NCBI GenBank assembly: GCA_045532035.1
Contig: JAZSFD010000048.1
Coordinates: forward strand, 34,755-98,754
DNA length: 64,000 nucleotides
DNA from: Eubacteriales bacterium
GTDB taxonomy: Bacteria; Bacillota; Clostridia; Oscillospirales; CAG-382
Reading direction: 5' to 3'
Shown: in pieces, positions 48,147 through 57,544 of the stretch
Position numbering within the stretch: position 1 is the stretch's first letter
Layout of the letters: the number at the start of each line of letters is the position of its first letter
Notes under the pieces: generated by a model
Database searches by the model: none
What the model saw: only the letters and a program-made list of their open reading frames with translations
What the model was told of the DNA's origin: nothing
Position numbers and translations under genes: made by a program

Positions 48147-48623
48147 ATGAAAAGCAAAACAAACGCGATGCGCTTGCTTGAAAGCGCTAACATAGAATTT
48201 ACTCCGCTGGAATATGCGGTTGATGAAAACGATCTCTCGGGTATGCATATTGCAAAAGAGCTTGCGATGGACCCGGACATGATGTTCAAAACGATAGTCG
48301 CCAAAGGGGACAAGCTTGGATACCTCGTCTTTTGCATCCCCGCATCCTGCGAGATCGACCTCAAAAAAGCAGCACAGGCTGCGGGTGACAAGAGAGTCGA
48401 GCTGATTGCCGCAAAAGACCTGCTCGGGCTTACAGGCTACATCCGTGGCGGATGCTCCCCCGTGGGAATGAAGAAAAAATTCCCGACCTTTATCGATGAG
48501 ACCTGTACGATCTTCGAAAAGATCACTGTAAGCGCAGGAGTCAGAGGCTGCGTACTTTTGCTTGAGGCGGAAAAGCTTGTGGCTTATCTTGACGCCACTG
48601 TGTGCGATTTGATTGCACAATAA
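48147..48623 (+). CDS. ybaK: Cys-tRNA(Pro)/Cys-tRNA(Cys) deacylase YbaK
   Basis: 158 aa. The YbaK/EbsC pattern is present (KTIVAKGDK...GYIRGGCSPVGMKK). Confidence 0.8.
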   Translation: MKSKTNAMRLLESANIEFTPLEYAVDENDLSGMHIAKELAMDPDMMFKTIVAKGDKLGYLVFCIPASCEIDLKKAAQAAGDKRVELIAAKDLLGLTGYIRGGCSPVGMKKKFPTFIDETCTIFEKITVSAGVRGCVLLLEAEKLVAYLDATVCDLIAQ

Positions 48624-48650
48624 TAAAACTATTTTTATCATACCAAAAAG

Positions 48651-49517
48651 GTGGTGTTATTTGTGAAAACAGTTTTTGATGAGCCTGATGTCCGATTGTT
48701 TCGAGCCGATATGCACACTCATACCAATTCTTCGCCTGACTCCGAGTGTGACATTGAGGATCTGTGCAGAGCGCAGATAGAAAAGGGAATAAGCGCTTTT
48801 GCCATTACCGATCATTTTAATATAGAATCAAAAGATTCAGGCATCGACATCGAAGCTCCCATCATTTCTTCATACGAAAAAGCGTCACGCATGGCAAAAA
48901 AATATGAGAGCCAAATCGAGATTTTGCGTGGTATTGAAGTAGGTGCTGCGATGTGGGACAAAGAAATTGCAGATCAGATGCTGAAAAGACTTGATTTTGA
49001 TGTGGTCATCGGATCTGTGCATACCGTCATCACCGATGAAGTAAAAACACCTTACTCTCGGGTGGATTTTTCGTCTTTGACATCTGTTGCCATTGATAAA
49101 TTTATGACAGAATATTTCGACGAGCTTCTAAACACAGCGATTTACTGTGATTTCGATATTCTTGCACATCTCACCTGCCCGCTTAGATATATCAACTGCA
49201 AACATCACCTTGGACTTGATGTTATGAAATACGAGGCGATCATAAGAGAAATACTTGCAACGATTATAAAGCGAGGCAAGGCGCTTGAGGTCAACACATC
49301 CAACTGCGCTTTCAGCGAAGCATTTTTCATGCCTGACACAAAAATCCTATCAATTTACCGTGAAATAGGCGGAAAGCTTCTGACAATGGGTTCAGACGCA
49401 CATATGGCGCAATATTCGTGTGTCGCATTTTCCGAGGCGGAAGCCATGCTGAAAGAGCTCGGATTTTCTGAGCTTTGTTTTTACAGAAAACGCCAGGCTC
49501 ATTTCTATGCCATATGA
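48651..49517 (+). CDS. PHP-family histidinol-phosphatase-like hydrolase
   Basis: MHTHTNSSPDS metal motif, later GSVH and GSDAH motifs. Confidence 0.7.
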   Translation: MVLFVKTVFDEPDVRLFRADMHTHTNSSPDSECDIEDLCRAQIEKGISAFAITDHFNIESKDSGIDIEAPIISSYEKASRMAKKYESQIEILRGIEVGAAMWDKEIADQMLKRLDFDVVIGSVHTVITDEVKTPYSRVDFSSLTSVAIDKFMTEYFDELLNTAIYCDFDILAHLTCPLRYINCKHHLGLDVMKYEAIIREILATIIKRGKALEVNTSNCAFSEAFFMPDTKILSIYREIGGKLLTMGSDAHMAQYSCVAFSEAEAMLKELGFSELCFYRKRQAHFYAI

Positions 49518-49616
49518 ATAGCTTGTTTTTATTCATACAAAAACAATATGAAATATTTTTTCAAAACCGCCCCTCAAGTATTGCTGACGGCGGTTTTGTT
49601 TTTTGCGCTCAAACGC

Positions 49617-49645
49617 TTGCAATTTCAAAGATAATATGTTATAAT
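49617..49645 (+). promoter_or_regulatory. Sigma-A promoter of nadABC
   Basis: TTGCAA, a 17-nt spacer, TATAAT. A direct repeat TGTCAAAA-N4-TGTCAAAA at 49692-49710 abuts the nadA start. Confidence 0.6.
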
Positions 49646-49709
49646 ACAAATTAGTATATAATGCATATTTTTATACTTTTTATCTAGCGAATGTCAAAAA
49701 ATTGTCAAA

Positions 49710-50669
49710 ATGTACCCAAAAGAGGAAGTTGCCGTAACTATGAAAAACCTTTCTATCAGCGAAATGACAGAAAAAATAATACAGCTTAAAAAGGACAAGG
49801 ACGCTCTTGTGCTTGCGCATTATTATCAGAACCTTGATATACAGCATGTTGCCGATCATTGCGGCGACAGCTTTGAGCTTGCCAAGATTGCCCGTTCCTC
49901 CGACAAGAAGATCATAGTTTTTTGCGGGGTCAGCTTTATGGCCGAAAGCGCAAAGATCATGAATCCCGAAAAGCGTGTTTTCATCCCCCGCGGCGATGCA
50001 GGTTGCCTTATGGCTGATATGGTTACGCCCGAGATAGTTTTACAGATGAGAAAAGCGCATCCCGATGCCGCTGTCGTTTGTTACATCAACTCGACCGCCG
50101 CCACAAAAGCTGTCAGCGATATTTGTGTAACCTCCTCCAACGCGCTCAAGGTTGTGTCTACTCTTAAAGAAAAAGAGATCATCTTTATTCCCGACAAAAA
50201 CCTCGGAAGCTTTGTGGAAAAACAGTTTCCCGATAAAAAGTTTTATTTCATGGAGGGCTGGTGTCCTGTGCATCACGATGTCACCCTTGAAGCTCTTCTC
50301 GAAGCAAAGGCGGCTCATCCCAACGCCCCCATCGTCATCCATCCCGAATGCCGCGAAGAGATTATTCGCGAATGCGATTACATCGGAAGCACCTCAGGCA
50401 TTCTCGACTATTGCCGTGAAAGCGACCGCGATGAGTTCATTGTTTGCACCGAACGCGCCATAGTTGAGCGCCTTCGCGAGGAATTTCCCGAAAAGAAATT
50501 CTATTTGCTTTTCTCCTGTCTTGTTTGTGCCAACATGAAAAAGACGAGGTTGTGTGACCTTCTTGAAACCCTCGAAAATCTTGACGACGAAGTATATATG
50601 ACAGACGAAGAAATGAGCGCCGCGCGTCTTCCTCTCGAAAGAATGCTTGAGGCGGCGGCAAAACAGTGA
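49710..50669 (+). CDS. nadA: Quinolinate synthase NadA
   Basis: LAHYYQ, SFMAES and three Fe-S Cys regions. The alternative start at 49740 cannot be excluded. Confidence 0.9.
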   Translation: MYPKEEVAVTMKNLSISEMTEKIIQLKKDKDALVLAHYYQNLDIQHVADHCGDSFELAKIARSSDKKIIVFCGVSFMAESAKIMNPEKRVFIPRGDAGCLMADMVTPEIVLQMRKAHPDAAVVCYINSTAATKAVSDICVTSSNALKVVSTLKEKEIIFIPDKNLGSFVEKQFPDKKFYFMEGWCPVHHDVTLEALLEAKAAHPNAPIVIHPECREEIIRECDYIGSTSGILDYCRESDRDEFIVCTERAIVERLREEFPEKKFYLLFSCLVCANMKKTRLCDLLETLENLDDEVYMTDEEMSAARLPLERMLEAAAKQ

Positions 50670-50673
50670 GCAG

Positions 50674-52236
50674 ATGAAAAAAAGACGATATATTTTCAAC
50701 AATTCCCTATATGAAAAAAATCTTTCCGAATTAACCCGAAACTTTGATATTACCGTCATCGGTGGCGGTATGGCAGGACTTTTTGCAGCCCTTGAGCTTG
50801 ATACAAAATACCGCGTGGCGCTCGTTGTCAAAGGCGGTCTTGAGGATGGCTCTTCCTTTCTTGCCCAGGGAGGAATGTGCTGTGTACTGGGCGAGGACGA
50901 CAGCTATGATGAGCACATTGCCGACACTCTTGCGGCAGGAGCAGGTCATTGCGACGAAAATGCAGTCTCGGTCATGGTAAAGGGAGGTCCCGAAAGCGTA
51001 AGAAAGCTTATCGATTACGGAGTTCCTTTTGATAGACGGGAGGACGGAAAGCTTAAGCTCACTCGCGAGGGAGGACATGGTAAACGCCGCATTTTGCATT
51101 GCGGAGGCGATGCCACCGGCCGCGAGATCACAAAAGCCTTGGGCACAGAGGTGTCAAAACGCAAAAACATTACTGTTTTCTGGAAACATTCGTGTGTTGA
51201 CATTCTGACAGACGAAAAAGGTGTCTGCGGAATTGTCGTGAACAACGGAAAAGACGATTTTATTATAAAAAGCGGAAATGTTGTCATCGCCACCGGCGGC
51301 GCCGGACAGCTTTACCGCTATTCGACTACTCCCGAGGGCAACACCGGCGAGGGAATCTCTGCCTGCAAGCGCGCCGGATGCGCTGTTGCTGACATGGAAT
51401 TTGTCCAGTTTCACCCCACTGCCTTTGCCTTACACGAGGAGGGTCAGAGAGTTTTTCTCATTTCCGAGGCTGTGCGCGGAGAGGGTGCGATTCTCAGAAA
51501 CAAAAACGGCGAGGCTTTTATGAGCTTTGCCCATCAGCATCCCCAAAAAGATCTCGCACCGCGCGATGTTGTGACCCGAGCCATCCTGGAAGAGATGCGC
51601 AGAGTGGGAGATGACAAGGTATACCTTGACACCACGGCGATGACGCAGGAGTTTTTTGAAAAAAGATTTCCCACCATTACGGCAAAATGCCACGAGCACG
51701 GAATTTTCCCGCCCAAGGATCTTATCCCCGTCCACCCCACCCAACATTATCTCATGGGCGGCGTTGTGACAGACCTTGATGCAAAGACAAGTGTTGACGG
51801 ACTTTTCGTCTGCGGCGAGGCAGCGTGTACGGGAGTTCACGGCGCCAACAGACTTGCATCAAATTCCACCCTTGAATGTGTCGTTTTTGCAAAGCGTGCT
51901 GCGGATTTTATCAACCGCAACTTCAGAAGTATTCCCGAAAATATTACACTCGGCACAAATCCGCATCTTACCAAAACCGTGGATAAACCCGAAATCTTTG
52001 CAGATATGTTGAAAATCAAGACTCTGATGACCGAAAAGGCAGGTGTCGAAAGAAGCTTTTCGGCGCTCTTTGAGACAAAAGATGAGCTTAACAGGCTTTA
52101 CGAAAAGTATGTTGACATAAATTTCGAAAATGTTGCGGGATATGCCCTTTTCAGCGCCATAAACACGGCTCTTGACATTGTGACTTCCGCTTATGAAAGA
52201 AAGCAAAGCCTCGGCTCGCACTATATTACAGAATAG
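50674..52236 (+). CDS. nadB: L-aspartate oxidase NadB
   Basis: FAD motif VIGGGMAGL, plus HPTA and RLASNSTLE regions. The start is trimmed to the ATG at 50674. Confidence 0.9.
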   Translation: MKKRRYIFNNSLYEKNLSELTRNFDITVIGGGMAGLFAALELDTKYRVALVVKGGLEDGSSFLAQGGMCCVLGEDDSYDEHIADTLAAGAGHCDENAVSVMVKGGPESVRKLIDYGVPFDRREDGKLKLTREGGHGKRRILHCGGDATGREITKALGTEVSKRKNITVFWKHSCVDILTDEKGVCGIVVNNGKDDFIIKSGNVVIATGGAGQLYRYSTTPEGNTGEGISACKRAGCAVADMEFVQFHPTAFALHEEGQRVFLISEAVRGEGAILRNKNGEAFMSFAHQHPQKDLAPRDVVTRAILEEMRRVGDDKVYLDTTAMTQEFFEKRFPTITAKCHEHGIFPPKDLIPVHPTQHYLMGGVVTDLDAKTSVDGLFVCGEAACTGVHGANRLASNSTLECVVFAKRAADFINRNFRSIPENITLGTNPHLTKTVDKPEIFADMLKIKTLMTEKAGVERSFSALFETKDELNRLYEKYVDINFENVAGYALFSAINTALDIVTSAYERKQSLGSHYITE

Positions 52237-52251
52237 ATCAGGAGAAACAGT

Positions 52252-53097
52252 ATGCAGCTTTACAACACTCAGATCGACAAAATAATCGAGCTTGCCCTGG
52301 AGGAGGACATCGGCTCGGGAGATATCACAACCCTTTCGACGATTCCCGAAGATACCACCGCCCACGGCAGATTTATTGCAAAGCAGGACACGGTCATCTG
52401 CGGCATTGATGTGGCAAAGAAAGTTTTCCACAAGATAGATCCGACTGTCGTTTTCAACGCTTATTTCAAGGATGGCGACACTGTGAAGGTCGGCGATGTT
52501 ATTGCGGAGGTTGACGGAAACGCCCGCAGTATGCTCACTGCCGAAAGATGCGCTCTCAACATTATGCAACGCCTTTCGGGTGTGGCGCAAAGAACTGCCG
52601 AATGTGTCGAAATGGTCAAGGGCACAAAGGCGAAGATTGCCGACACAAGAAAGACGACTCCCGGAATGCGCGCGCTTGAAAAATATGCCGTACGCATCGG
52701 CGGCGGCACAAATCACAGATACAATCTTGCCGACGGCGTTCTTATCAAGGACAACCACATTGCCGCCGCAGGCAGCATCACCGCCGCTGTGACAAACGCC
52801 CGCAAGCTCATCCCCCACACCCTCAAAATCGAGGTAGAGGTCGAGACCTTTGACCAGCTGAGAGAGGCGCTTGACGCAGGTGCCGACATCATCATGCTTG
52901 ACAATATGTCAAATGAAGACATGGCAGAAAGCGTAAAGATCTGCGCGGGACGCGCTCTTCTTGAAGCGTCGGGCAACATGGACAGAAGAAACCTTTATGA
53001 TGTGGCAAAGACAGGGGTTGACATCATCTCCATCGGTGCTCTCACCCACACCATCAAGGCGGCAGATATCAGCCTCAAGTTCACGCTCAACCAGTAA
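52252..53097 (+). CDS. nadC: Nicotinate-nucleotide pyrophosphorylase (carboxylating) NadC
   Basis: 281 aa. The TRKTTPG, HRYNLAD and IMLDNM motifs are present. Confidence 0.9.
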   Translation: MQLYNTQIDKIIELALEEDIGSGDITTLSTIPEDTTAHGRFIAKQDTVICGIDVAKKVFHKIDPTVVFNAYFKDGDTVKVGDVIAEVDGNARSMLTAERCALNIMQRLSGVAQRTAECVEMVKGTKAKIADTRKTTPGMRALEKYAVRIGGGTNHRYNLADGVLIKDNHIAAAGSITAAVTNARKLIPHTLKIEVEVETFDQLREALDAGADIIMLDNMSNEDMAESVKICAGRALLEASGNMDRRNLYDVAKTGVDIISIGALTHTIKAADISLKFTLNQ

Positions 53098-53123
53098 CAG
53101 AATACAAAATCTAAAGAACAGTA

Positions 53124-53154
53124 AAAGGTCGTAGCAAAATCGCTACGACCTTTT
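53124..53154. terminator. Terminator after nadC
   Basis: 9-bp stem GGTCGTAGC / GCTACGACC followed by TTTT. Confidence 0.7.
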
Positions 53155-53215
53155 GTTATTGCTGCCCTTGCGAGTACGCCGCGTATGACAGCCGTTTTGT
53201 TATGTTTTATGTCGT

Positions 53216-55666
53216 TCAGTCGGCAACGATGCCTTCGACCTTTTTGATACCGAGGCGCTCGACAGCGTCCTCGCGCATCTTATATTTGAGAATCTTTCCT
53301 GCCGCGTTCATCGGGAAAGCATCCACAAAGTCGATATACTTGGGCACCTTGTGCTTTGCCATGTGATCACGGATATACTGCTTCATTTCGTCAACCGACA
53401 TCTCTTCGCCCTTTTTGAGGATAATGCAAGCCATGATCTCTTCGCCGTACTGTTCATCGGGAACACCAATGACCTGAACATCCTTTACCTTGGGATGGGT
53501 GTAGATGAATTCTTCGATCTCCTTGGGATAGATGTTTTCACCGCCGCGGATGATCATGTCCTTAAGTCTGCCGGTGATGCGGTAATTTCCTTCGGGAGTG
53601 CGCAGCGCCAGATCGCCTGTGTGAAGCCAACCGTCTTTGTCAATGGTATCTCGGGTGGCTTTGGGCATTTTGTAATAGCCCTTCATGATGTTGTAGCCGC
53701 GCGCAACAAATTCACCTGTCACATTGTCGGGAAGGTCTTTTCCTGTTTCGGGGTCGACGATCTTGCATTCGATCTCGGGAAGTGCGCGTCCGACGGTGCT
53801 GACGCGGACCTCCATTGAATCGTCGGTCGAACTCATGGTGCATCCGGGGGAAGCCTCGGTCTGCCCGTAAACGATGGTGATCTCGGTCATGTGCATCTTG
53901 TCAAGCACCTGCTGCATGATAGCTTCGGGACAGGGCGAGCCTGCCATGATGCCCGTTCTCATATATGAAAAATCGGTCTTTTCAAAATCCTTGTGTTCAA
54001 GCATGGCAATGAACATGGTGGGAACGCCGTGGAACGCCGTAATCTTTTCCTGATTGACACAGGCAAGAGCAGGCTTTGGCGAGAAATAGGGCAGAGGAAG
54101 GAGTGTTCCGCCGTGGGTCATGGTCGCAGTCATGGCAAGCACCATGCCGAAGCAATGGAACATGGGCACCTGAACCATCATTCTGTCGGCGGTCGAAAGC
54201 TCCATGCGGTCACCGATACATTTTCCGTTGTTTACAACATTGTAGTGAGTGAGCATAACGCCCTTGGGGAAGCCTGTTGTACCCGAGGTGTACTGCATAT
54301 TGCAGACATCGTGGATATCAACTGCCGCCGCCATTCTTCTGACCTCTTCGATGGGCACCTTTTTACCCATATCAAGAGCATCCTCCCATGTCAGACAGCC
54401 TTTCTGCGAATAGCCGACAGTGACAATGTTTCGCAGGAAGGGAAGGCGCTTGGAATGAAGCCTTTGGCCGGGAGTGAGGGTTTCAAGCTCGGGGCAAAGC
54501 TCTGCCACGATCTCATCATAGTGGGAATCGCGGTAGCCCTGAACTGTGATGAGAGTATGGGTGTCCGACTGACGGAGCAAATATTCCGCCTCATGGATCT
54601 TGTAAGCAGTGTTTACGGTTACAAGCACCGCACCGATCTTTGTGGTTGCCCAGAAAGCGATGTACCATTGGGGCACATTTGTTGCCCAAAGAGCAACATG
54701 AGAGCCTGCCTTTACGCCCATGGCGATAAGGCTACGGGCAAATTCGTCCACATCATCCCTGAACTGACGATAGGAACGGGTATAATCAAGAGTTGTGTAT
54801 TTGAAAGCGAGCTGATCGGGGAAATTCTCGACCATGGTATCAAGCACCTGAGAGAAAGTCTTTTCAACAAGCGAGTCGCGCTTCCATACATATTTTCCGT
54901 CGCCGCGGCTGGTCTCATAAAGAACATTCTTGTTCTTAGAGGGGTCGTCGTAGCGGGACATATAGCTTTCAAAATGAGGGAGAATGACTTCGATGTCCGA
55001 AATATCCGAAGCCCAGGAGGGATCCCATTCGGCACAGATAAAGCCGTCATAGTTGATCGAGCGCAGAGAGTCGATTACCTCCGAAAGGGGAAGAACTCCT
55101 TCGCCGACCAGTTCGCAGTTGCCTTCCTTGTCGGCATCCTTGAGATGGACATGCTTGATATATGCGCCGAGATTCTTGAGGCTGTCCTCGGGAGTTTCGC
55201 CTGCAAGACAGGTATAATATGGATCCCAAAGAGCGCAGAGAGTGTCGCTCGAAAAGCTGTTGAGAAGCTCGAGAAGAGCCTTGGTGTCAGAAAAATCTCC
55301 TGCTGTTTCGACAAGAAGCACAACATTTGCGCTTTCGGCGATCGGAATAAGTTCTTTTATGACCGCAATGCACTTTTCGCCGATATCCGCCTTGATACGG
55401 ACATAAGGACAATGGATGGCGCTTGCGGCATCGATGCATTTTTTCGCCTCGGCACCGTCATCTTCTCCCACCGAATGGGTGGCGTCGATACAGGGAACAA
55501 CAAGCTTTCTCTCGATAAGAGAACGGTAAAGGCGACGGGCATCTTCGTTTTCGATGGCAGATATGTTGTGTATCTCAATGCCCGAAAAACGGTACTTCAC
55601 GGCGTAATCCATGAAGTCGCGGAAGGAGATGTTCTCCCATCTGTTTGTGGAAAATGACAGATTCAT
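53216..55666 (-). CDS. Fusion protein: xylose-isomerase-like TIM barrel (N-terminal) with AMP-forming acyl-CoA synthetase/ligase (C-terminal)
   Basis: 816 aa. The N-terminal 270 or so aa have the AP-endonuclease-2/sugar-isomerase barrel pattern (YVRIK, VLLVETAG, HVHLKD, AEWD). The C-terminal part has adenylation motifs YTSGTTGFPKGVMLTH, GYGQTE-like VYGQTE, and TGDLA...GRLKDMIIRGGENIYP. Confidence 0.75.
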   Translation of the reverse strand: MNLSFSTNRWENISFRDFMDYAVKYRFSGIEIHNISAIENEDARRLYRSLIERKLVVPCIDATHSVGEDDGAEAKKCIDAASAIHCPYVRIKADIGEKCIAVIKELIPIAESANVVLLVETAGDFSDTKALLELLNSFSSDTLCALWDPYYTCLAGETPEDSLKNLGAYIKHVHLKDADKEGNCELVGEGVLPLSEVIDSLRSINYDGFICAEWDPSWASDISDIEVILPHFESYMSRYDDPSKNKNVLYETSRGDGKYVWKRDSLVEKTFSQVLDTMVENFPDQLAFKYTTLDYTRSYRQFRDDVDEFARSLIAMGVKAGSHVALWATNVPQWYIAFWATTKIGAVLVTVNTAYKIHEAEYLLRQSDTHTLITVQGYRDSHYDEIVAELCPELETLTPGQRLHSKRLPFLRNIVTVGYSQKGCLTWEDALDMGKKVPIEEVRRMAAAVDIHDVCNMQYTSGTTGFPKGVMLTHYNVVNNGKCIGDRMELSTADRMMVQVPMFHCFGMVLAMTATMTHGGTLLPLPYFSPKPALACVNQEKITAFHGVPTMFIAMLEHKDFEKTDFSYMRTGIMAGSPCPEAIMQQVLDKMHMTEITIVYGQTEASPGCTMSSTDDSMEVRVSTVGRALPEIECKIVDPETGKDLPDNVTGEFVARGYNIMKGYYKMPKATRDTIDKDGWLHTGDLALRTPEGNYRITGRLKDMIIRGGENIYPKEIEEFIYTHPKVKDVQVIGVPDEQYGEEIMACIILKKGEEMSVDEMKQYIRDHMAKHKVPKYIDFVDAFPMNAAGKILKYKMREDAVERLGIKKVEGIVAD

Positions 55667-55704
55667 TATATCTTCAATCCTTTCGTTGCAAGAAAATCGA
55701 AGGC

Positions 55705-57111
55705 TCAGGCTTCTTCAAAGCAGATCTTGTTGAGAGCGTTGAGATATGCCTTGACGGCACCGCCGATGATATCGGTGGAAACGCCCTGCCCCGAATAAAG
55801 CTTGCCGGATGCGGCGCGAAGCTTGACGATAGTAGTACCAACAGCTTCTTTTCCCTCTGTGAGAGCGCGGATGCTGAAGTCGTCGAGGTCATAGTGATGA
55901 CCGATGATCTGTTCGATGGCACGGAAAGCGGCATCAATAGGACCGTCGCCGATGGAAAAGCCCGAAAGAACTTCTCCGCCCTTTGTCAGCTCAATGTGAG
56001 CGGTTGCGGTAATAACATTACCGTTGTTGATGACAAAACTCTTAAGACGGTAGGTGGAGGGCACCTGGAGAGCAACTGCCGCGATGATGGCATCAAGCTC
56101 ATGCATACTGACCTTCTTCTTCGCGGCAACCTTTTTGAATTCGTCATAAACATGTGCACTGTCCTCGTCGGAAAGCTCATATCCCAGCTTGACTGTGGCG
56201 GCATTTATATCGGCAATGGTGTCATTTTCCGAAAGAAGTATGTCATCGGAAGCCTTTTCTTTTACCGCGTCCGTTTTTGCACAAGCTGTTGTTTTCATAC
56301 CGAGTATTCCCGCAATTTTGCTTTCGGTGTCCGAAAGGGCTGTCATGTCAACGCCGGCAGAAATTCCGAGCCTGTCGCCCGCACTCTTGACAAGGTTTGC
56401 AAAATCGGAAATCGCTGTCGCGTCGTTTTTGCCGAAGGCTGCCTTGACTCCGCAGGCACCCGCTTTGATGGCGGCGGCGGCAAGAGAAATGCCAAGACCC
56501 AGCTTGTCGGAGCATTCAACATAAAACCTTACACTGTCATCAATGCCCGTTTCGCGAATAACTCCCGATACAAAATCAGCCATGTCGTCGGGAAGCATAT
56601 CGCCCGCGTTGTCACAAAGGGTGATGTTTTTGATGCCGTTTGCAACGGCAGTCTTTATTGCTGTATAAAGGAAATCCTTTTCGGCACGGGTAGCATCAAT
56701 AAAGCTTACTTCGGAATCTGCGCAGAGCGAGATGCACTTCTTTGTCATGATATCAAGAGTTTCAAGCACCGCCGCACTCTTCTTGCCGCAAATATATTCC
56801 ATCTGAACGGTGGAGGCGGGAATGGCAAGATTGAGACGGAATTTTGCACATCCGGATACAGCCTCGTATGCTTTGTCGGCATCAGCCTCTGTAAGTCCCG
56901 AGTTGCACGAAATGGTGCTGTTTTTAATGATGGGACCTATGGTATGGAGAAAAAGCGTGTCGGCTCTGTCGGAAATTCCGCCGACCTCAATAACATCAAC
57001 GCCAAGCCTGTCAAGCAGCTTTGCGACTTCCGTTTTTTCCTTGAAGCTCAGTTTTTCGCCGTTCTCGGCGCCTGTTCTGAGGGTCACATCGGTGATGATT
57101 GCTTTTTTCAT
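55705..57111 (-). CDS. LeuA/homocitrate-synthase-like protein lacking canonical metal ligands, with LeuA-dimer regulatory domain
   Basis: 468 aa with an HMGL-like barrel and a C-terminal LeuA_dimer-type domain. It has DVTLRTGAE where DTTLRDGEQ is expected, and YVECSDKLGLG where HxHNDxGLA is expected. Confidence 0.7.
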   Translation of the reverse strand: MKKAIITDVTLRTGAENGEKLSFKEKTEVAKLLDRLGVDVIEVGGISDRADTLFLHTIGPIIKNSTISCNSGLTEADADKAYEAVSGCAKFRLNLAIPASTVQMEYICGKKSAAVLETLDIMTKKCISLCADSEVSFIDATRAEKDFLYTAIKTAVANGIKNITLCDNAGDMLPDDMADFVSGVIRETGIDDSVRFYVECSDKLGLGISLAAAAIKAGACGVKAAFGKNDATAISDFANLVKSAGDRLGISAGVDMTALSDTESKIAGILGMKTTACAKTDAVKEKASDDILLSENDTIADINAATVKLGYELSDEDSAHVYDEFKKVAAKKKVSMHELDAIIAAVALQVPSTYRLKSFVINNGNVITATAHIELTKGGEVLSGFSIGDGPIDAAFRAIEQIIGHHYDLDDFSIRALTEGKEAVGTTIVKLRAASGKLYSGQGVSTDIIGGAVKAYLNALNKICFEEA

Positions 57112-57149
57112 AGCGATACTCCTTTATATATGTGTTAATGATTTTACAA

Positions 57150-57185
57150 ACAAAAAGGACTTACGCGCAAATGTCGTAAGTCCCG
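57150..57185 (-). terminator. Leader terminator upstream of the LeuA-like gene
   Basis: On the minus strand: GGGACTTACG, a 9-nt loop, CGTAAGTCC, then TTTTTGTTTG. It ends about 40 nt before the start codon. Confidence 0.6.
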
Positions 57186-57244
57186 TTTTATACGAAAACA
57201 ACAGCCCGAAGATCCACCAAATGCAGTTATGGCGAAAATAAAAT

Positions 57245-57343
57245 TCAGGCACGACAAATAGCGCTGACCGATTCAGACTTCGTAAGAAGTAGACCGCCAA
57301 CGCTTAGGAGGAGGATATTAGCAGAAAAAACGAGGTTTTTCAT
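57245..57343 (-). CDS. Leu-rich 32-codon leader ORF
   Basis: GAAGGAG, 7 nt, ATG. Sequence MKNLVFSANILLLSVGGLLLTKSESVSAICRA, with 7 Leu including two runs of three. It lies between the promoter and the terminator. Confidence 0.35.
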   Translation of the reverse strand: MKNLVFSANILLLSVGGLLLTKSESVSAICRA

Positions 57344-57398
57344 AAAATTGCTCCTTCATCCTGTGCTAAAATAAGAAAAACTTGTTTGTTATTTGCCA

Positions 57399-57427
57399 AT
57401 TATAGCACGCCGCATCGGCTTTGTCAA
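57399..57427 (-). promoter_or_regulatory. Consensus sigma-A promoter of the leader / LeuA-like operon
   Basis: On the minus strand: TTGACA, a 17-nt spacer, TATAAT. Both hexamers are perfect. Confidence 0.65.
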
Positions 57428-57544
57428 TATGTTTTTTGGCTTTTTTGAATTTTTTTCAGCAAAACTCCTTTTTGAGAATAAGCCGATTCAAAACGGAAAG
57501 AATACACTGTAATGAGAAATATTTTCCAAAAAGGAGAAATTTTT

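Noticed and set aside
53993-57138. Two long plus-strand ORFs (554 aa and 497 aa) opposite the acyl-AMP-ligase fusion and the LeuA-like gene
   Set aside because: The minus-strand genes carry canonical adenylation motifs and an HMGL/LeuA-dimer architecture. The plus-strand ORFs are shadow ORFs.
57112-57427. T-box riboswitch upstream of the LeuA-like gene
   Set aside because: A leader plus terminator suggested a Leu T-box. I could not find the conserved T-box sequence (AGGGTGGTACCGCG-like; only a weak TGGTGGA), nor stem I AGAGA/GA-motif features. A translated Leu-rich leader ORF explains the region better. A covariance-model scan would settle it.
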